The position numbers were made by a program, and so were the translations under genes. Shown here in pieces: positions 50,855 to 61,327 of a stretch of DNA of 64,000 bases. Position 1 is the first letter of the stretch. The number at the start of each line of letters is the position of its first letter. The DNA is from Candidatus Hermodarchaeota archaeon (GTDB lineage: Archaea; Asgardarchaeota; Lokiarchaeia; Sigyniarchaeales; SOKP01), in assembly GCA_048885525.1 (NCBI GenBank), contig JBHLLP010000004.1:32001-96000 (forward strand), read 5' to 3'. The notes below the pieces were generated by a model that worked only from the letters and a program-made list of their open reading frames with translations, was not told where the DNA came from and made no database searches.

Positions 50855-51904
50855 TTATTTAAAAAAATCGTCTAAGGAAACTTGAACTTTGGAATCATTT
50901 AATTTTCTCAATCTTTCTAACGCATTCTGGACTCTTTGTTTTGAAAAGTTATGTTCTTCAATAAGTAATTCTTCTAATTTTTCAAAATCAATCTTTTTTG
51001 GCTTTGGAATTTTATAATTTTCATTTACATCAGGATAAAGAAATATTTCTCTAATTTGATCTATTAATTCTAAATCCAAAAAAATCTCCTTTCCTCCTAT
51101 CATGACTTTATTTTTCAATATATTCTCTAAATTTTTGTATTTTTTAATCAAGTCCAATGCTGTTTTCTGACCAATACCTTTTATTCCTGGAAAAAAATCT
51201 GTTCCAATCAATATTCCCATATCAATCAGTTGCTCTCGGTTTATTCCAAGATTATTTAAAAATTTAGTTAATGAAACATATTCGATATCTAAAGTAACTG
51301 TTGTATCTTTTACTTTCTTGCTTCGACTTATAGCAAAATTCCGAAGCAATCGTTCCCCTCCAAACAATAAAGTATCATAATCTTGAGAAGCACAGGCCCA
51401 CGCATCATTATTTTCAACTAAATACGCAGATTGGGCTTCTCCTTCAGAATTAGCTTGAATTATTGGAATTCCCATATGCTCAATTAATTTTTTACTCTCT
51501 TCTATCATATCAGAATCAAGTTTTGAGGTAAATTGTGCAAATTTTTTAGCTTCTTGAAAATCCTCAGCATCCTGAGCTTTAAGCATTTTTTCCTTCGCCT
51601 CTTCTTTAACTTTTTTTCTTTCTTTAATTGTATCTAATTTTAGCTCAGACGGAGTACCATCAAAAACATAAATAGGTTTAATATTATGCTCTAAGAAATT
51701 TATAGTTCGATAAAAAAGTCCAGAAAGGTGTGATGTTACATTACCTTGAAAATCCTTCAAAGGGGTCCCATCTCTTTGGCGTATAATTGCTAAAAATTGA
51801 TATATAGTATTAAATGCATCTATTGCTATACTTTTTTTAAAGAGATTTTCAAACGTAATTGTTCTTTTAACTTCATTTACTAATTCATTTATTTTAACGC
51901 CCAT
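50855..51904 (-). CDS. fen: flap endonuclease 1
   Basis: DAFNTIYQFL, SEGEAQ, SQDYD, GTDF, C-terminal PIP box QVSLDDFF. Confidence 0.96.
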   Translation of the reverse strand: MGVKINELVNEVKRTITFENLFKKSIAIDAFNTIYQFLAIIRQRDGTPLKDFQGNVTSHLSGLFYRTINFLEHNIKPIYVFDGTPSELKLDTIKERKKVKEEAKEKMLKAQDAEDFQEAKKFAQFTSKLDSDMIEESKKLIEHMGIPIIQANSEGEAQSAYLVENNDAWACASQDYDTLLFGGERLLRNFAISRSKKVKDTTVTLDIEYVSLTKFLNNLGINREQLIDMGILIGTDFFPGIKGIGQKTALDLIKKYKNLENILKNKVMIGGKEIFLDLELIDQIREIFLYPDVNENYKIPKPKKIDFEKLEELLIEEHNFSKQRVQNALERLRKLNDSKVQVSLDDFFK

Positions 51905-51983
51905 ATTTAATTTATTCCATAATTTCTATTCTATCTTTATATAGTTATGATACAACATATATAATTTCCACTAATATATTATA

Positions 51984-52520
51984 CTATTTTTTTGGTCGTC
52001 TTCTCAATTTCGAACCACACGTTTCACAAATTCTATTTAAATCTTCAGGATGATGAATAATTTTACATTGTGGGCAATAAACTTCCCAAATTATCGTCGA
52101 TTCAATCCCTTCTTTATATAACGGGGAATAAGGAATAGATAACTCAGAGCATACATTCTCAATAGAGTAATCATTAGAGTAAATCGTTACATTCTTATTT
52201 GATTTTTCCATCAATTCTAGAGTTAATGCTATTAATTCTGTATCTACATCTGATAAAGCTTTGAAATTTCCTGTTTTTTTTGATGTTTCTTTTACCTTTT
52301 TGATGTATTCATTTTCAGGTACTTTTATTTTTAATTTTTTAGTTTCAATTGCAACGTTTATTTTATTTAAAATATTTCTATTTTTTTCAATATATCTAGG
52401 ATCTTTTACCTCATCAATTATAGAAGGCGTTGTGTAAATTTCTCCTTGAATTACATTAACATCAATTCCGGTAAGGAAAATATTAGTATCAAAAATATAT
52501 AGCGGAGCTTGTTCTTTCAT
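51984..52520 (-). CDS. nob1: Nob1 PIN endonuclease with Zn ribbon
   Basis: FDTN, LSDVDTELIAL, NDYSIENV, CPQC...CETCGS. Confidence 0.88.
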   Translation of the reverse strand: MKEQAPLYIFDTNIFLTGIDVNVIQGEIYTTPSIIDEVKDPRYIEKNRNILNKINVAIETKKLKIKVPENEYIKKVKETSKKTGNFKALSDVDTELIALTLELMEKSNKNVTIYSNDYSIENVCSELSIPYSPLYKEGIESTIIWEVYCPQCKIIHHPEDLNRICETCGSKLRRRPKK

Positions 52521-52580
52521 ATATCTAATCTTCAATGATAAATAATAGGAAGATATTAATTTTTACATTATTATAATTTT

Positions 52581-53480
52581 TCATTCTTCAGGAGAATCAT
52601 CAATAGGCACTCTTCTCACAGTACCAATAATTTTCTTTCTTAAGCGTGTATAATAACTTCCTTTAAACCGAATAAATTGATTTTGAGAATTTGCTTTACG
52701 AATTCTAATTTTGGTATTAGGTCCAATTCCTTTTATAATTTGTTGTCCATCTATTACGATCTTAGCGTCCAATCTTGGTCTTATAAGTTGAATCTCAACT
52801 TCAGAGTCAATGGGTATTATTATCGGTTTTAAACCAGATCCCGCGAAGCTATTTAAAGGAGTTATTTGTATAGTTTCCATATTAGGATTAACAATTGCTC
52901 CCCCCGCACTTAAATTATATGCAGTGGATCCCGTAGGTGTTGATACAATTACTCCATCTAAATAGCTACGATTCAGAAAAATACCATCAATTCTAATAGA
53001 TATCTGGAGAACTTTCGAACTTTTAGAAGATATTATTAAGACTTCGTTTAATGCATTACCTAACTTGATTTCTCCAGAATTTTTAACAATATAAGCTGTT
53101 ATTTTAGAACATGATTCTAATGTGTATTCTCCATTTAAAATCTTGGATAAATCTTTAAAAATACTAGTTCCATTTGATTCATCTAAGAATCCGATGGAAC
53201 CAACATTTACTCCCAAAATGGGAGGAGGTTTACGTTGAGATAATCTATTCGCAACTCTTAATATCGATCCATCTCCGCCAACAATAACTATGAATTTTAT
53301 ATTCTCAGCGTTCATATCACCGAGATCCATACCATTATGCGGAAAAATCTTTGGAGCGATTCTAGTCTCTAAATAAACCACTTCCCCTTTTTGAACTAAG
53401 AATTCAAAAATTCTCCTAGTTAATTTTATAGCTCTTTCAGAATCCAACCTACAAGCTAAAGCAATTGGTTTTTTTTCCAT
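52581..53480 (-). CDS. nadK: NAD kinase
   Basis: GGDGS, NEV, DGVIVSTPTGSTAYNLSAGG. Confidence 0.93.
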   Translation of the reverse strand: MEKKPIALACRLDSERAIKLTRRIFEFLVQKGEVVYLETRIAPKIFPHNGMDLGDMNAENIKFIVIVGGDGSILRVANRLSQRKPPPILGVNVGSIGFLDESNGTSIFKDLSKILNGEYTLESCSKITAYIVKNSGEIKLGNALNEVLIISSKSSKVLQISIRIDGIFLNRSYLDGVIVSTPTGSTAYNLSAGGAIVNPNMETIQITPLNSFAGSGLKPIIIPIDSEVEIQLIRPRLDAKIVIDGQQIIKGIGPNTKIRIRKANSQNQFIRFKGSYYTRLRKKIIGTVRRVPIDDSPEE

Positions 53481-53556
53481 GACCCTCTGATTTTCCCTTG
53501 AAATATTCCAAAAAAATAATGGATAATTAAATTAATAGTTGGCTTGATTTCTATAT

Positions 53557-53985
53557 TTAATTGCTGAAAACTCTATTTATAAGTGTTCTACCTGCCAATT
53601 GCCAATACTCTACTTGTGCAGTTGATATTTTTTTAGGATCCGCTTGAAGTTCTTTTAATTTATTCTTTAATTCCTCATCTTGAGGCCAGGCAACATCAAA
53701 TGATTCATATGACTCTAAATTCATGATATTGATGGAGGATTCCTCAATAAAATTAATCTGAGCATTCCCTTTGACAATCTCGGGAATTTCAACCATATGA
53801 CCACTTGGTATTGTGAGTGAGCGCTTATTATTATCAAACATCCCGACACAAACAACTCTGACTTTAGCATGACCATGTTTCCCACTTTTTGATCGCTCAG
53901 TGCTTTTAATGATACATGGTTCTTCATCCACCATTATATATTGCCCAGTTTTTAATTTTTGTATCTCTGTTCTTCTAATAGACAA
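53557..53985 (-). CDS. eif5a: translation factor a/eIF5A
   Basis: SKSGKHGHAK hypusine loop. Confidence 0.95.
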   Translation of the reverse strand: MSIRRTEIQKLKTGQYIMVDEEPCIIKSTERSKSGKHGHAKVRVVCVGMFDNNKRSLTIPSGHMVEIPEIVKGNAQINFIEESSINIMNLESYESFDVAWPQDEELKNKLKELQADPKKISTAQVEYWQLAGRTLINRVFSN

Positions 53986-54136
53986 TTTCTAATACACCTT
54001 AATTTATTTATTCTCATCCAAAATTTTTTAATTTTGATATTTCTTTTAATTTATAATATAATTATTTATTCAAAAAAAATTATTAGTTTTTAAGAACTTA
54101 TTTAAGTAGGTTTAAAAAATCTAAAATTGCGTAGTA

Positions 54137-55510
54137 ATGGTATTAGAGAAATTAGGAAGGTCACTAGATACAGCTATTAGAAAGATTAGACGTCTTCCAT
54201 CCGTGGATAAAGATGCAATTAATGCTCTTATTCAAGAATTACAGAGAGCTTTACTAGGTTCAGATGTAAAAGTTGAACTCGTATTTGAAATGACGGAGAA
54301 TATCCGAAAACAAGCTATGAATACTAAACTTCAGAAGGTGAGACGTAGAGATTTTGTAATTAAATTAGTACACGATGAACTTATTAACCTCCTAGGTGGA
54401 AAACCCACTCCAATAAGAATAAAACATGGCAAAAAGAATGTAATTTTACTTGTTGGTATCCAAGGTTCGGGGAAAACTACTACAATAGCAAAATTGGCAA
54501 AATATTACAAAAGTAAAGGTTATAAAGTTGCTACATTGACAACTGATACTTGGCGCCCTGGAGCTTATGAACAATTAGTGCAGTTATCTGAACAAGTAGG
54601 TGTGAAATGTTATGGAAATCCTAATGAAAAAAATGCTCTAAAAATTGCAATTCAAGAAACCAAAAAAGCGATAAATGATGGAAATGACATTATTATTACA
54701 GATACAGCTGGACGGCATAAGGAAGAAAAAGAATTGATGAAAGAAATGGCAATTCTAGAACAGAAATTAAAACCAAACGAAATAATTCTTGTAATCGATG
54801 GAACTCTTGGTCAACAAGCATTCAATCAAGCAGAAGCTTTTGCTCAGACAACTAATTTGGGTTCTATTATTGTCACTAAATTAGATGGGACAGCTAAAGG
54901 TGGTGGTGCCTTGTCCGCTTGTGCAGCAGCTAATATTGGAATTAGATTCATAGGTGTAGGTGAAAAAATAGATGATTTTGAAGAATTTGAACCATCCACA
55001 TTCGTAGGCACTTTACTGGGTATTCCTGATATTGAGTCATTGGTTCAAAAAGTTCAAGAAGCAGAAGTAGATCTTGAACCAGAAGTTGTCAGGCGGATGG
55101 TTCATGGGAAATTTACTCTTGAAGATTTATATCTACAATTGAAAAGTATCAAAAAAGTAGGAAAATTTAAGCAGATATTAGCAATGATGGGTGGTGGGAA
55201 TATTCCAGATGCTTTAAAGGAAGATGCTGAAGCAAACCTGGCAAAATGGGAAGTAGTTCTTAACTCTATGACAAAAGATGAAAAAGAGAATCCTAAAATT
55301 ATTAAAAAAACTCGAAAAAGGCGAATTGCTATTGGAAGTGGAACAGAATACTCTATAATAAACAAAATGTTAGATCAATATAGTAGCATGAAAAAGTTCA
55401 TGAAAAGATTTCTTCAAATGCAGAAAAAAGGTAAAGGTATGCCTGGAATACCCGGATTTCCCGGTGGAAAAGCTGCTGCTGATTTTATGAAGAAGTTAGG
55501 TAAATTTTAA
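54137..55510 (+). CDS. srp54: signal recognition particle protein SRP54
   Basis: GIQGSGKTT, DTAGRH, TKLDG, M domain SMTKDE. Confidence 0.96.
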   Translation: MVLEKLGRSLDTAIRKIRRLPSVDKDAINALIQELQRALLGSDVKVELVFEMTENIRKQAMNTKLQKVRRRDFVIKLVHDELINLLGGKPTPIRIKHGKKNVILLVGIQGSGKTTTIAKLAKYYKSKGYKVATLTTDTWRPGAYEQLVQLSEQVGVKCYGNPNEKNALKIAIQETKKAINDGNDIIITDTAGRHKEEKELMKEMAILEQKLKPNEIILVIDGTLGQQAFNQAEAFAQTTNLGSIIVTKLDGTAKGGGALSACAAANIGIRFIGVGEKIDDFEEFEPSTFVGTLLGIPDIESLVQKVQEAEVDLEPEVVRRMVHGKFTLEDLYLQLKSIKKVGKFKQILAMMGGGNIPDALKEDAEANLAKWEVVLNSMTKDEKENPKIIKKTRKRRIAIGSGTEYSIINKMLDQYSSMKKFMKRFLQMQKKGKGMPGIPGFPGGKAAADFMKKLGKF

Positions 55511-55541
55511 ATTTTATTAATACCCACCATATCTGATTCCA

Positions 55542-56204
55542 TTGGTTAATTTCTTATTATTTATACAAAAAATTTCGCACTATTCTAAATATGATATTGA
55601 TAGTGGAAAAACTCCTTTAGAAATATATAAATTATGTTCATGCATAAGAGAAACCTTCTGTTTATCTTATGCAATAAGAAAAAATAATATTTTATATCTA
55701 TATTTTCAAGAAGAGTTTATTTTAATCAAATTTGAAGGAAGTAATCTACGTTATCTAGGTCCTAATGAAAGATCTCTAGCCTTACTTTTACTGAAAGCTT
55801 TAAATAAAGCAAAAAATAGCCAGTCTAACTATAGGGATCAATGGGAGAAATCGACTCCAGGAATTTATGTTAGAACTTTCTTTGATATATTCTCTTTTAT
55901 GGAGTTCCTTACTTCAATTTTAAAGGGAACTAACTTTCTGATTGTAGATTATCAGCAAGTTGTTAAAGAAAAAGGCGAAAATTTCACTTTAAATAAAAAT
56001 CTTAAAATTATTAAGGAGGATGATTTTTTTATTATTCCAACCTATATTATATCAAAACAAGATTCTAAAATTATAAAAAAATTCAAAGAACTGAAAAGTA
56101 TAAAATTAATATCTCTCTCAAAAATTAATGGTGTTGAGAATAAAATTCTCTATATTAATTTTTTAAAAGACCAACAAGCAATTCTCCGAATAACATTAAG
56201 ATGA
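55542..56204 (+). CDS. TrmY-like (tRNA m1-psi54 methyltransferase-like) protein, degenerate
   Basis: FCLSYAIRK, FEGSNLRYLGPNERS, STPGIYV resemble TrmY; position after SRP54; C-terminal knot poorly conserved. Confidence 0.6.
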   Translation: MVNFLLFIQKISHYSKYDIDSGKTPLEIYKLCSCIRETFCLSYAIRKNNILYLYFQEEFILIKFEGSNLRYLGPNERSLALLLLKALNKAKNSQSNYRDQWEKSTPGIYVRTFFDIFSFMEFLTSILKGTNFLIVDYQQVVKEKGENFTLNKNLKIIKEDDFFIIPTYIISKQDSKIIKKFKELKSIKLISLSKINGVENKILYINFLKDQQAILRITLR

Positions 56205-57595
56205 TACTAAAAAACGCTAAAATTTATTCTAAAGGATTGATACGTAAAGGAATTATTCTTATCGAGAATGGTAAAATAAGGAAAATCATATTTAATCCTA
56301 AGGATAAAAGTTTAACAAAACTAATTAGGAGGAACCAAGATAAAAAGATAATAGACTGTAAAAACAAATTAATTTTACCTGGTATAATAGATATTCATTC
56401 TCACTTGCGAGATATGGATCAAAGCGAAAAAGAAACATTTTTTACTGGAACTAAGGCGGCTGCTTTTTCAGGTATTACAACTGTTTTTAATATGCCAAAT
56501 ACTATCCCGCCAGCAATTACTTCTAATCAAATTAAATTATGGATGGGAAAAGCAGAAAATAATATCAATGTAGATGTTGGATTCATTGCAGGAGTCCCTG
56601 AAGATATAAATAAAATTGAGGTTGAAAATATCATTGATTTAGGTATTATAGGTTTCAAAATATATACTCTTAATTCTATTAATGAAATTGATTGGAAAGA
56701 TCCTAAGAATATCCTAGCAATTCTAGATATCTCTTCTAAATATCAAATTCCAATTTTTATACATGCTTCATATCCATTATCTGATAAAGAAAAAGAACAA
56801 ATTAGAAAAGAATTTAATTCAAGTTTAGGGAATGTTTTAGAATATCACAATAAGTTTGATCCTGTTAAAGCAGAGGAAAAATATGTAAAACTTGTTATTA
56901 AACATTATAAAGAATATATTAACGTTAATCATTTAAATCCTAGACGTTATCCGAGAATTCATTTTTGTCATATAAGTTGTATTGAAAGTTATCTAGCAAT
57001 CAAAAGAGAACAGACTTCAAATGAAGATTTTAAAATTACATTTGAAGTTACTCCACACCATCTACTTTTATCTAATAAAAAAATTTTAAGTAATGAGAAT
57101 TATGGTAAAGTTTTGCCTCCTTTAAGAGGAGAAGAGCATTCGAACTTTCTATTTAATGAATTAAAGGAGGGGTATATAAAATTAATAGGAACGGATCACG
57201 CACCCCATACCCGAGAAGAAAAATCTCAAGATTATTTCAATGCACCTTCAGGATTCCCCGGTTTTGAAACATATCCCTTATTAATGCTAAATAAAGTATT
57301 TAACTACGAACTTTCTCTAGAAAGATTTGTTGAGATAACTTCAGAAAATCCTGCTAAAATCTTTAATCTAAAGAAAAAAGGTTTTATTAGAGAAGGATAT
57401 GATGCTGACTTATTAATCGTTGATAAAGTTCCAGAATTTACGATTAATTCTCAAAATTTTAAAACAAAAGCAAAGTTTACTCCATTTGAGAATTTTAAAA
57501 CAAATGTTCAAATATGGAAAGTTTTTTTAAGAGGAATTGAAGTCAATACTGAAGATTCTATTCCATTTGGTAGAATTATCAAAGAAATGATATAA
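56201..57595 (+). CDS. pyrC: dihydroorotase
   Basis: PGIIDIHSHLRD, MPNT, EVTPHHL, GTDHAPH, GFPGFET. Confidence 0.88.
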   Translation: MILKNAKIYSKGLIRKGIILIENGKIRKIIFNPKDKSLTKLIRRNQDKKIIDCKNKLILPGIIDIHSHLRDMDQSEKETFFTGTKAAAFSGITTVFNMPNTIPPAITSNQIKLWMGKAENNINVDVGFIAGVPEDINKIEVENIIDLGIIGFKIYTLNSINEIDWKDPKNILAILDISSKYQIPIFIHASYPLSDKEKEQIRKEFNSSLGNVLEYHNKFDPVKAEEKYVKLVIKHYKEYINVNHLNPRRYPRIHFCHISCIESYLAIKREQTSNEDFKITFEVTPHHLLLSNKKILSNENYGKVLPPLRGEEHSNFLFNELKEGYIKLIGTDHAPHTREEKSQDYFNAPSGFPGFETYPLLMLNKVFNYELSLERFVEITSENPAKIFNLKKKGFIREGYDADLLIVDKVPEFTINSQNFKTKAKFTPFENFKTNVQIWKVFLRGIEVNTEDSIPFGRIIKEMI

Positions 57596-57654
57596 AATAT
57601 AAATGTTTGAACAGTATAATAATACATAAAATAGTAAGTTATAGGATCTTTATA

Positions 57655-58287
57655 ATGCCTGAAAAAGAAGAATTTAGCTTAGAACAAGGTAGAATGTTAA
57701 TAAAATTTGCACGCGATAATATAGAATTCTTTTTAAAAAATAATCGACGTATTCCTATTCCAGATGTTTTAAAAGAAAAATTCTCGGATAAGTATGGTGC
57801 TTTTGTTACCCTAAATAAATATAATGTATTTGGCAACCCTCTAAGGGGTTGTATTGGTTATATTGAACCCACTTACTCACTATACGAGGTAATCCACAGA
57901 GTATCAATAAGTTCAGCAGTTGAAGATCCACGATTCCCTTCAGTATCTTTGGATGAGATGGATAATATTGTAATTGAGTTATCTATATTAACTCCTCCCG
58001 AATTGCTTAAAGTAAATGATCCAAAAGAATATCTTGATAAAATTGTTATTGGAAGAGATGGACTCATAGCTGAAAAAGGTATGAGAAGAGGGCTACTCCT
58101 TCCTCAAGTACCTGTGGAACATGAGAGAAATTGGGATGTTGAAACATTTCTCTCTCAAACATGCTCTAAAGCTTGGCTTGATAGTAACGCATGGAAAGAA
58201 AAAAGTACTAAAATATATTCTTTTCAAGCGATTCTCTTTGAGGAAAAAGAACCTCGTGGTGAAGTAAAACGTAAATATCTGAATTAA
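57655..58287 (+). CDS. AMMECR1/AmmeMemoRadiSam A-family protein
   Basis: GAFVTL, LRGCIG, DPRF, GLLLPQV; ATG 57655 preferred. Confidence 0.92.
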   Translation: MPEKEEFSLEQGRMLIKFARDNIEFFLKNNRRIPIPDVLKEKFSDKYGAFVTLNKYNVFGNPLRGCIGYIEPTYSLYEVIHRVSISSAVEDPRFPSVSLDEMDNIVIELSILTPPELLKVNDPKEYLDKIVIGRDGLIAEKGMRRGLLLPQVPVEHERNWDVETFLSQTCSKAWLDSNAWKEKSTKIYSFQAILFEEKEPRGEVKRKYLN

Positions 58288-58367
58288 AAGATATATTTTA
58301 CTTAAATATCTTATTGTATTGTTTTATGAATTTAAAAATTAAAAAAATAATAGAGAAACAATTATAT

Positions 58368-59873
58368 ATGGGAAGCTCTGATAAAATACTCTCGATTGAT
58401 ATATCTTCAAACAATGTTAAAGTAGGGATTGTTTCTGATAAATTGGAGTTAGAATCTGTTTTAATTCAAAAATATGATGTTATTGATGAAGATATTGATG
58501 GCTTTGCAAAACGATTTGATATGGATGATATGTGGAAAAAAGTTAGATTAGGGATACAGAAAGTAATAAAAAAAAATAAACCTAAAAATATCCTTGGCAT
58601 ATCTTCATGCGGCCAAAGAATGGCTACAGTTTTTTTAAATAAAAAGGGAAAAGAGATTTATGGTGGACCTAATACTGATATGAGAGGTATTGATTCCGCT
58701 TATCTTATTGAAGATGAATTTTCTGATGAAGATTTATTCAAGATAACTGCACATAGCCCATTCTTAATGTTTACATTAGCTCGCTTGTTATGGTTCAAAG
58801 AGGAGAAAGAAGATCAATATAACGATATTGGAAAATTGTTAATGCTTGATGATTGGCTTGTTTATAAATTTACCGGAGAATTTTATGCAGATTATACTTC
58901 TTTAGGAGAATCTTTACTTTTTGATATTAATAAAAAAAAATGGAGTATGGAAATTATCGAAGCTTTTGACATAAATCCTGATATCCTCCCTGAAATCGTT
59001 GAATCAGGCACACTTGTGGGAGAATTAAAAATGAATCTAATGAAAGAATTCGGCATAAACCAACATTCACTTCCTGTTTTAAAAGGATGTGGTGATACAC
59101 AAGCTAATTTATTAGGTATGGGTGCAATTGAAGATGGAAATATTGGAATTACTTTAGGAACAACAGCACCAGTTCATTTAGTTATTGATAAACCAATAAT
59201 AGATCCTGAACTAAATTTTTGGACTGACTGTCATGTGATTAAGAATAAATGGTTGCTTGAAGCTAATACTGGAGGTACAGGTAGGGTTTATGATTGGTTC
59301 AAAAGTGCATTTATTTCAGATCCAGAGAGAAATGCAAATGAAATAATGGATGATATTTTGAACAGAGTAATACCCGGTGCTGGGTCTACTTTTGCCTTTC
59401 TAGGTCCGGAACTCATGGCGATAAAAGATCAAACATCAATCAAAAGAGGTGTTTTTATATTTCCCCCTCCTAGTATGATTGGAGAGGATTTACCTAAATT
59501 ACAAAACTTTGCTCGAAGTATGATTGAAGGAATTTGTTTTGGGATTCTTGAGAACTTCCAAGCTTTAAAAAAATTCACACAATCAGAAATAAAAACGTTT
59601 TGTGCCGGAGGAATGGCTAAATCTTATGAATTTTGTAAAATTCTTGCGAATATATTAAACCAAAAAATAAATGTTTGTCAATACAAGGATTCTGCTTTTA
59701 TTGGATGTGCAATGAATACCTTGATAGGCTTAAATTTATATCAAGACTATAGGAGTATTGTTGATAATTTGATAGAATTCGAAAAATTTTCAGTTGAACT
59801 GCCCATCTCAAATGAATATAGGAAAATATTTCGGGAGTGGAAATATTTAAAGAATAAGTTAAGTAAATTATAG
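58368..59873 (+). CDS. FGGY carbohydrate kinase, divergent (YoaC/LsrK-like)
   Basis: SCGQR, PNTDMRG, GDTQ, GTTAP, AGGMA; ATG 58368 preferred. Confidence 0.8.
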   Translation: MGSSDKILSIDISSNNVKVGIVSDKLELESVLIQKYDVIDEDIDGFAKRFDMDDMWKKVRLGIQKVIKKNKPKNILGISSCGQRMATVFLNKKGKEIYGGPNTDMRGIDSAYLIEDEFSDEDLFKITAHSPFLMFTLARLLWFKEEKEDQYNDIGKLLMLDDWLVYKFTGEFYADYTSLGESLLFDINKKKWSMEIIEAFDINPDILPEIVESGTLVGELKMNLMKEFGINQHSLPVLKGCGDTQANLLGMGAIEDGNIGITLGTTAPVHLVIDKPIIDPELNFWTDCHVIKNKWLLEANTGGTGRVYDWFKSAFISDPERNANEIMDDILNRVIPGAGSTFAFLGPELMAIKDQTSIKRGVFIFPPPSMIGEDLPKLQNFARSMIEGICFGILENFQALKKFTQSEIKTFCAGGMAKSYEFCKILANILNQKINVCQYKDSAFIGCAMNTLIGLNLYQDYRSIVDNLIEFEKFSVELPISNEYRKIFREWKYLKNKLSKL

Positions 59874-59890
59874 CAATTTAATCTAAATGT

Positions 59891-60679
59891 TTATAAAGTT
59901 CTCTTCTTGATAATAGATTCAATATTGGCTCCTTCTTTCCAATACCAGTCAAATAATTCTTTTGACCAGTTTATAAAAATCTCACTATCATCAAATAGAC
60001 ATTCACTATAATCAATTTTTCCCTCTCTACTCAAAAATAGTATAGCTCCCTTATCAGTAACTAAAAGAGAGAACAAAATTTGTTTTAATATACGAATATT
60101 CTGTGAAATGTTTACCTTTTGATAAAATGCATGGCGGTCATCAAGCTTTTCGTATCCCTTTGAGGCTAACACATTTTCATCCACTAAAGCTTTTATCTTA
60201 ATAGACATATTATTAATTTTTCGCTCTACTGCTGGTAAAATTGAATCTTGAAATTGATCTGAGATTGCTAAAATAAATTTTTCTGATTTTTTAATAATCT
60301 CTGACCATAACTCTATATTTTGCATTGTGCCACTCTTAAGTCTCATAGTTTTTAAATTCCCTAATTGTAAAATTAAATTTAGAGGGAAATAGTTAATATT
60401 ATGTTTATTAAAAAAAGTCTCAAACTTTAATGATACTTCAAACAGCTCTAAAATATCCATGAACATCTTGCCGATGTTAGTACTTTCATATTTATTATCC
60501 ATTGTTTTTTTAACTAAATTTTTATCGATAAGTCTTTTTAGATGACGTGAAATTTCAGAACCTCTTATATCCAATTCTTTTTCTAATTGACTATGTCTTT
60601 TTTTTCCCATATATAAACTTTTAAAGACTTCAAATCGACCTTCATTGGAAAATTCAAAAAATAAATCATTAATTCTCAA
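59891..60679 (-). CDS. winged-helix transcriptional regulator
   Basis: FSNEGRFEV...SEISRHLKRL wHTH; C-terminal W..ELFDWYW. Confidence 0.8.
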   Translation of the reverse strand: MRINDLFFEFSNEGRFEVFKSLYMGKKRHSQLEKELDIRGSEISRHLKRLIDKNLVKKTMDNKYESTNIGKMFMDILELFEVSLKFETFFNKHNINYFPLNLILQLGNLKTMRLKSGTMQNIELWSEIIKKSEKFILAISDQFQDSILPAVERKINNMSIKIKALVDENVLASKGYEKLDDRHAFYQKVNISQNIRILKQILFSLLVTDKGAILFLSREGKIDYSECLFDDSEIFINWSKELFDWYWKEGANIESIIKKRTL

Positions 60680-60761
60680 GTTAACTCAGCATATTTTACA
60701 ATTTTAAAAATTTTATTTGAATCCTTTGATAATATATGAATTTAGATCAATTAAAAATTGT

Positions 60762-60795
60762 TTTTATCAATCAAAATTTTTTTCTATTGATAAAA
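60762..60795. promoter_or_regulatory. inverted repeat in divergent promoter region, candidate operator
   Basis: TTTTATCAAT-N14-ATTGATAAAA. Confidence 0.4.
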
Positions 60796-60905
60796 TTATT
60801 TTTAAAGAGATTATAGGGATTCTTTATTACATTTTTATATCTTTTTATACATAACATTATAATTATTAAATCTATTTTAATCCGAAAAAATAAAAACATA
60901 AAAAA

Positions 60906-61256
60906 ATGACAGAATTCAAAGAAATTACAGATTGTTTAGAAGAAATAAAGAATCGATATATTAATGACGAAAAAATAAGAAAAAAATTAGCTAAATATGA
61001 TGAGCCTATCCAAATAAAATTTTTAGATACAGATAGAAAAGTTTTACTATTAATTAATAGAGATGAAGGAATTGAAGTAAAAGATCACAGTGGAGACGAC
61101 ACAGCCACGGTAAAAATTGAATTTACAGGAGAAAACGTGATAATTGATCTATTTAACAAAGAATTAGGTGCTATTAAAGCCTATTCTGATGGAAAAATAA
61201 AAATAGTAGAAGGAAATATAAGAAATTTAATGAAACTTCGAAGTTTAATGTTTTAA
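60906..61256 (+). CDS. SCP2 sterol-carrier-like protein
   Basis: AIKAYSDGKIKIVEGNIRNLMKL is typical of the SCP2 C-terminus. Confidence 0.75.
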   Translation: MTEFKEITDCLEEIKNRYINDEKIRKKLAKYDEPIQIKFLDTDRKVLLLINRDEGIEVKDHSGDDTATVKIEFTGENVIIDLFNKELGAIKAYSDGKIKIVEGNIRNLMKLRSLMF

Positions 61257-61327
61257 CTAAGTTCTTTTTATTTAATTTAATAAATAATTTATGATATAAT
61301 ACCTAATTATAAAAGAGAGTATAAATA

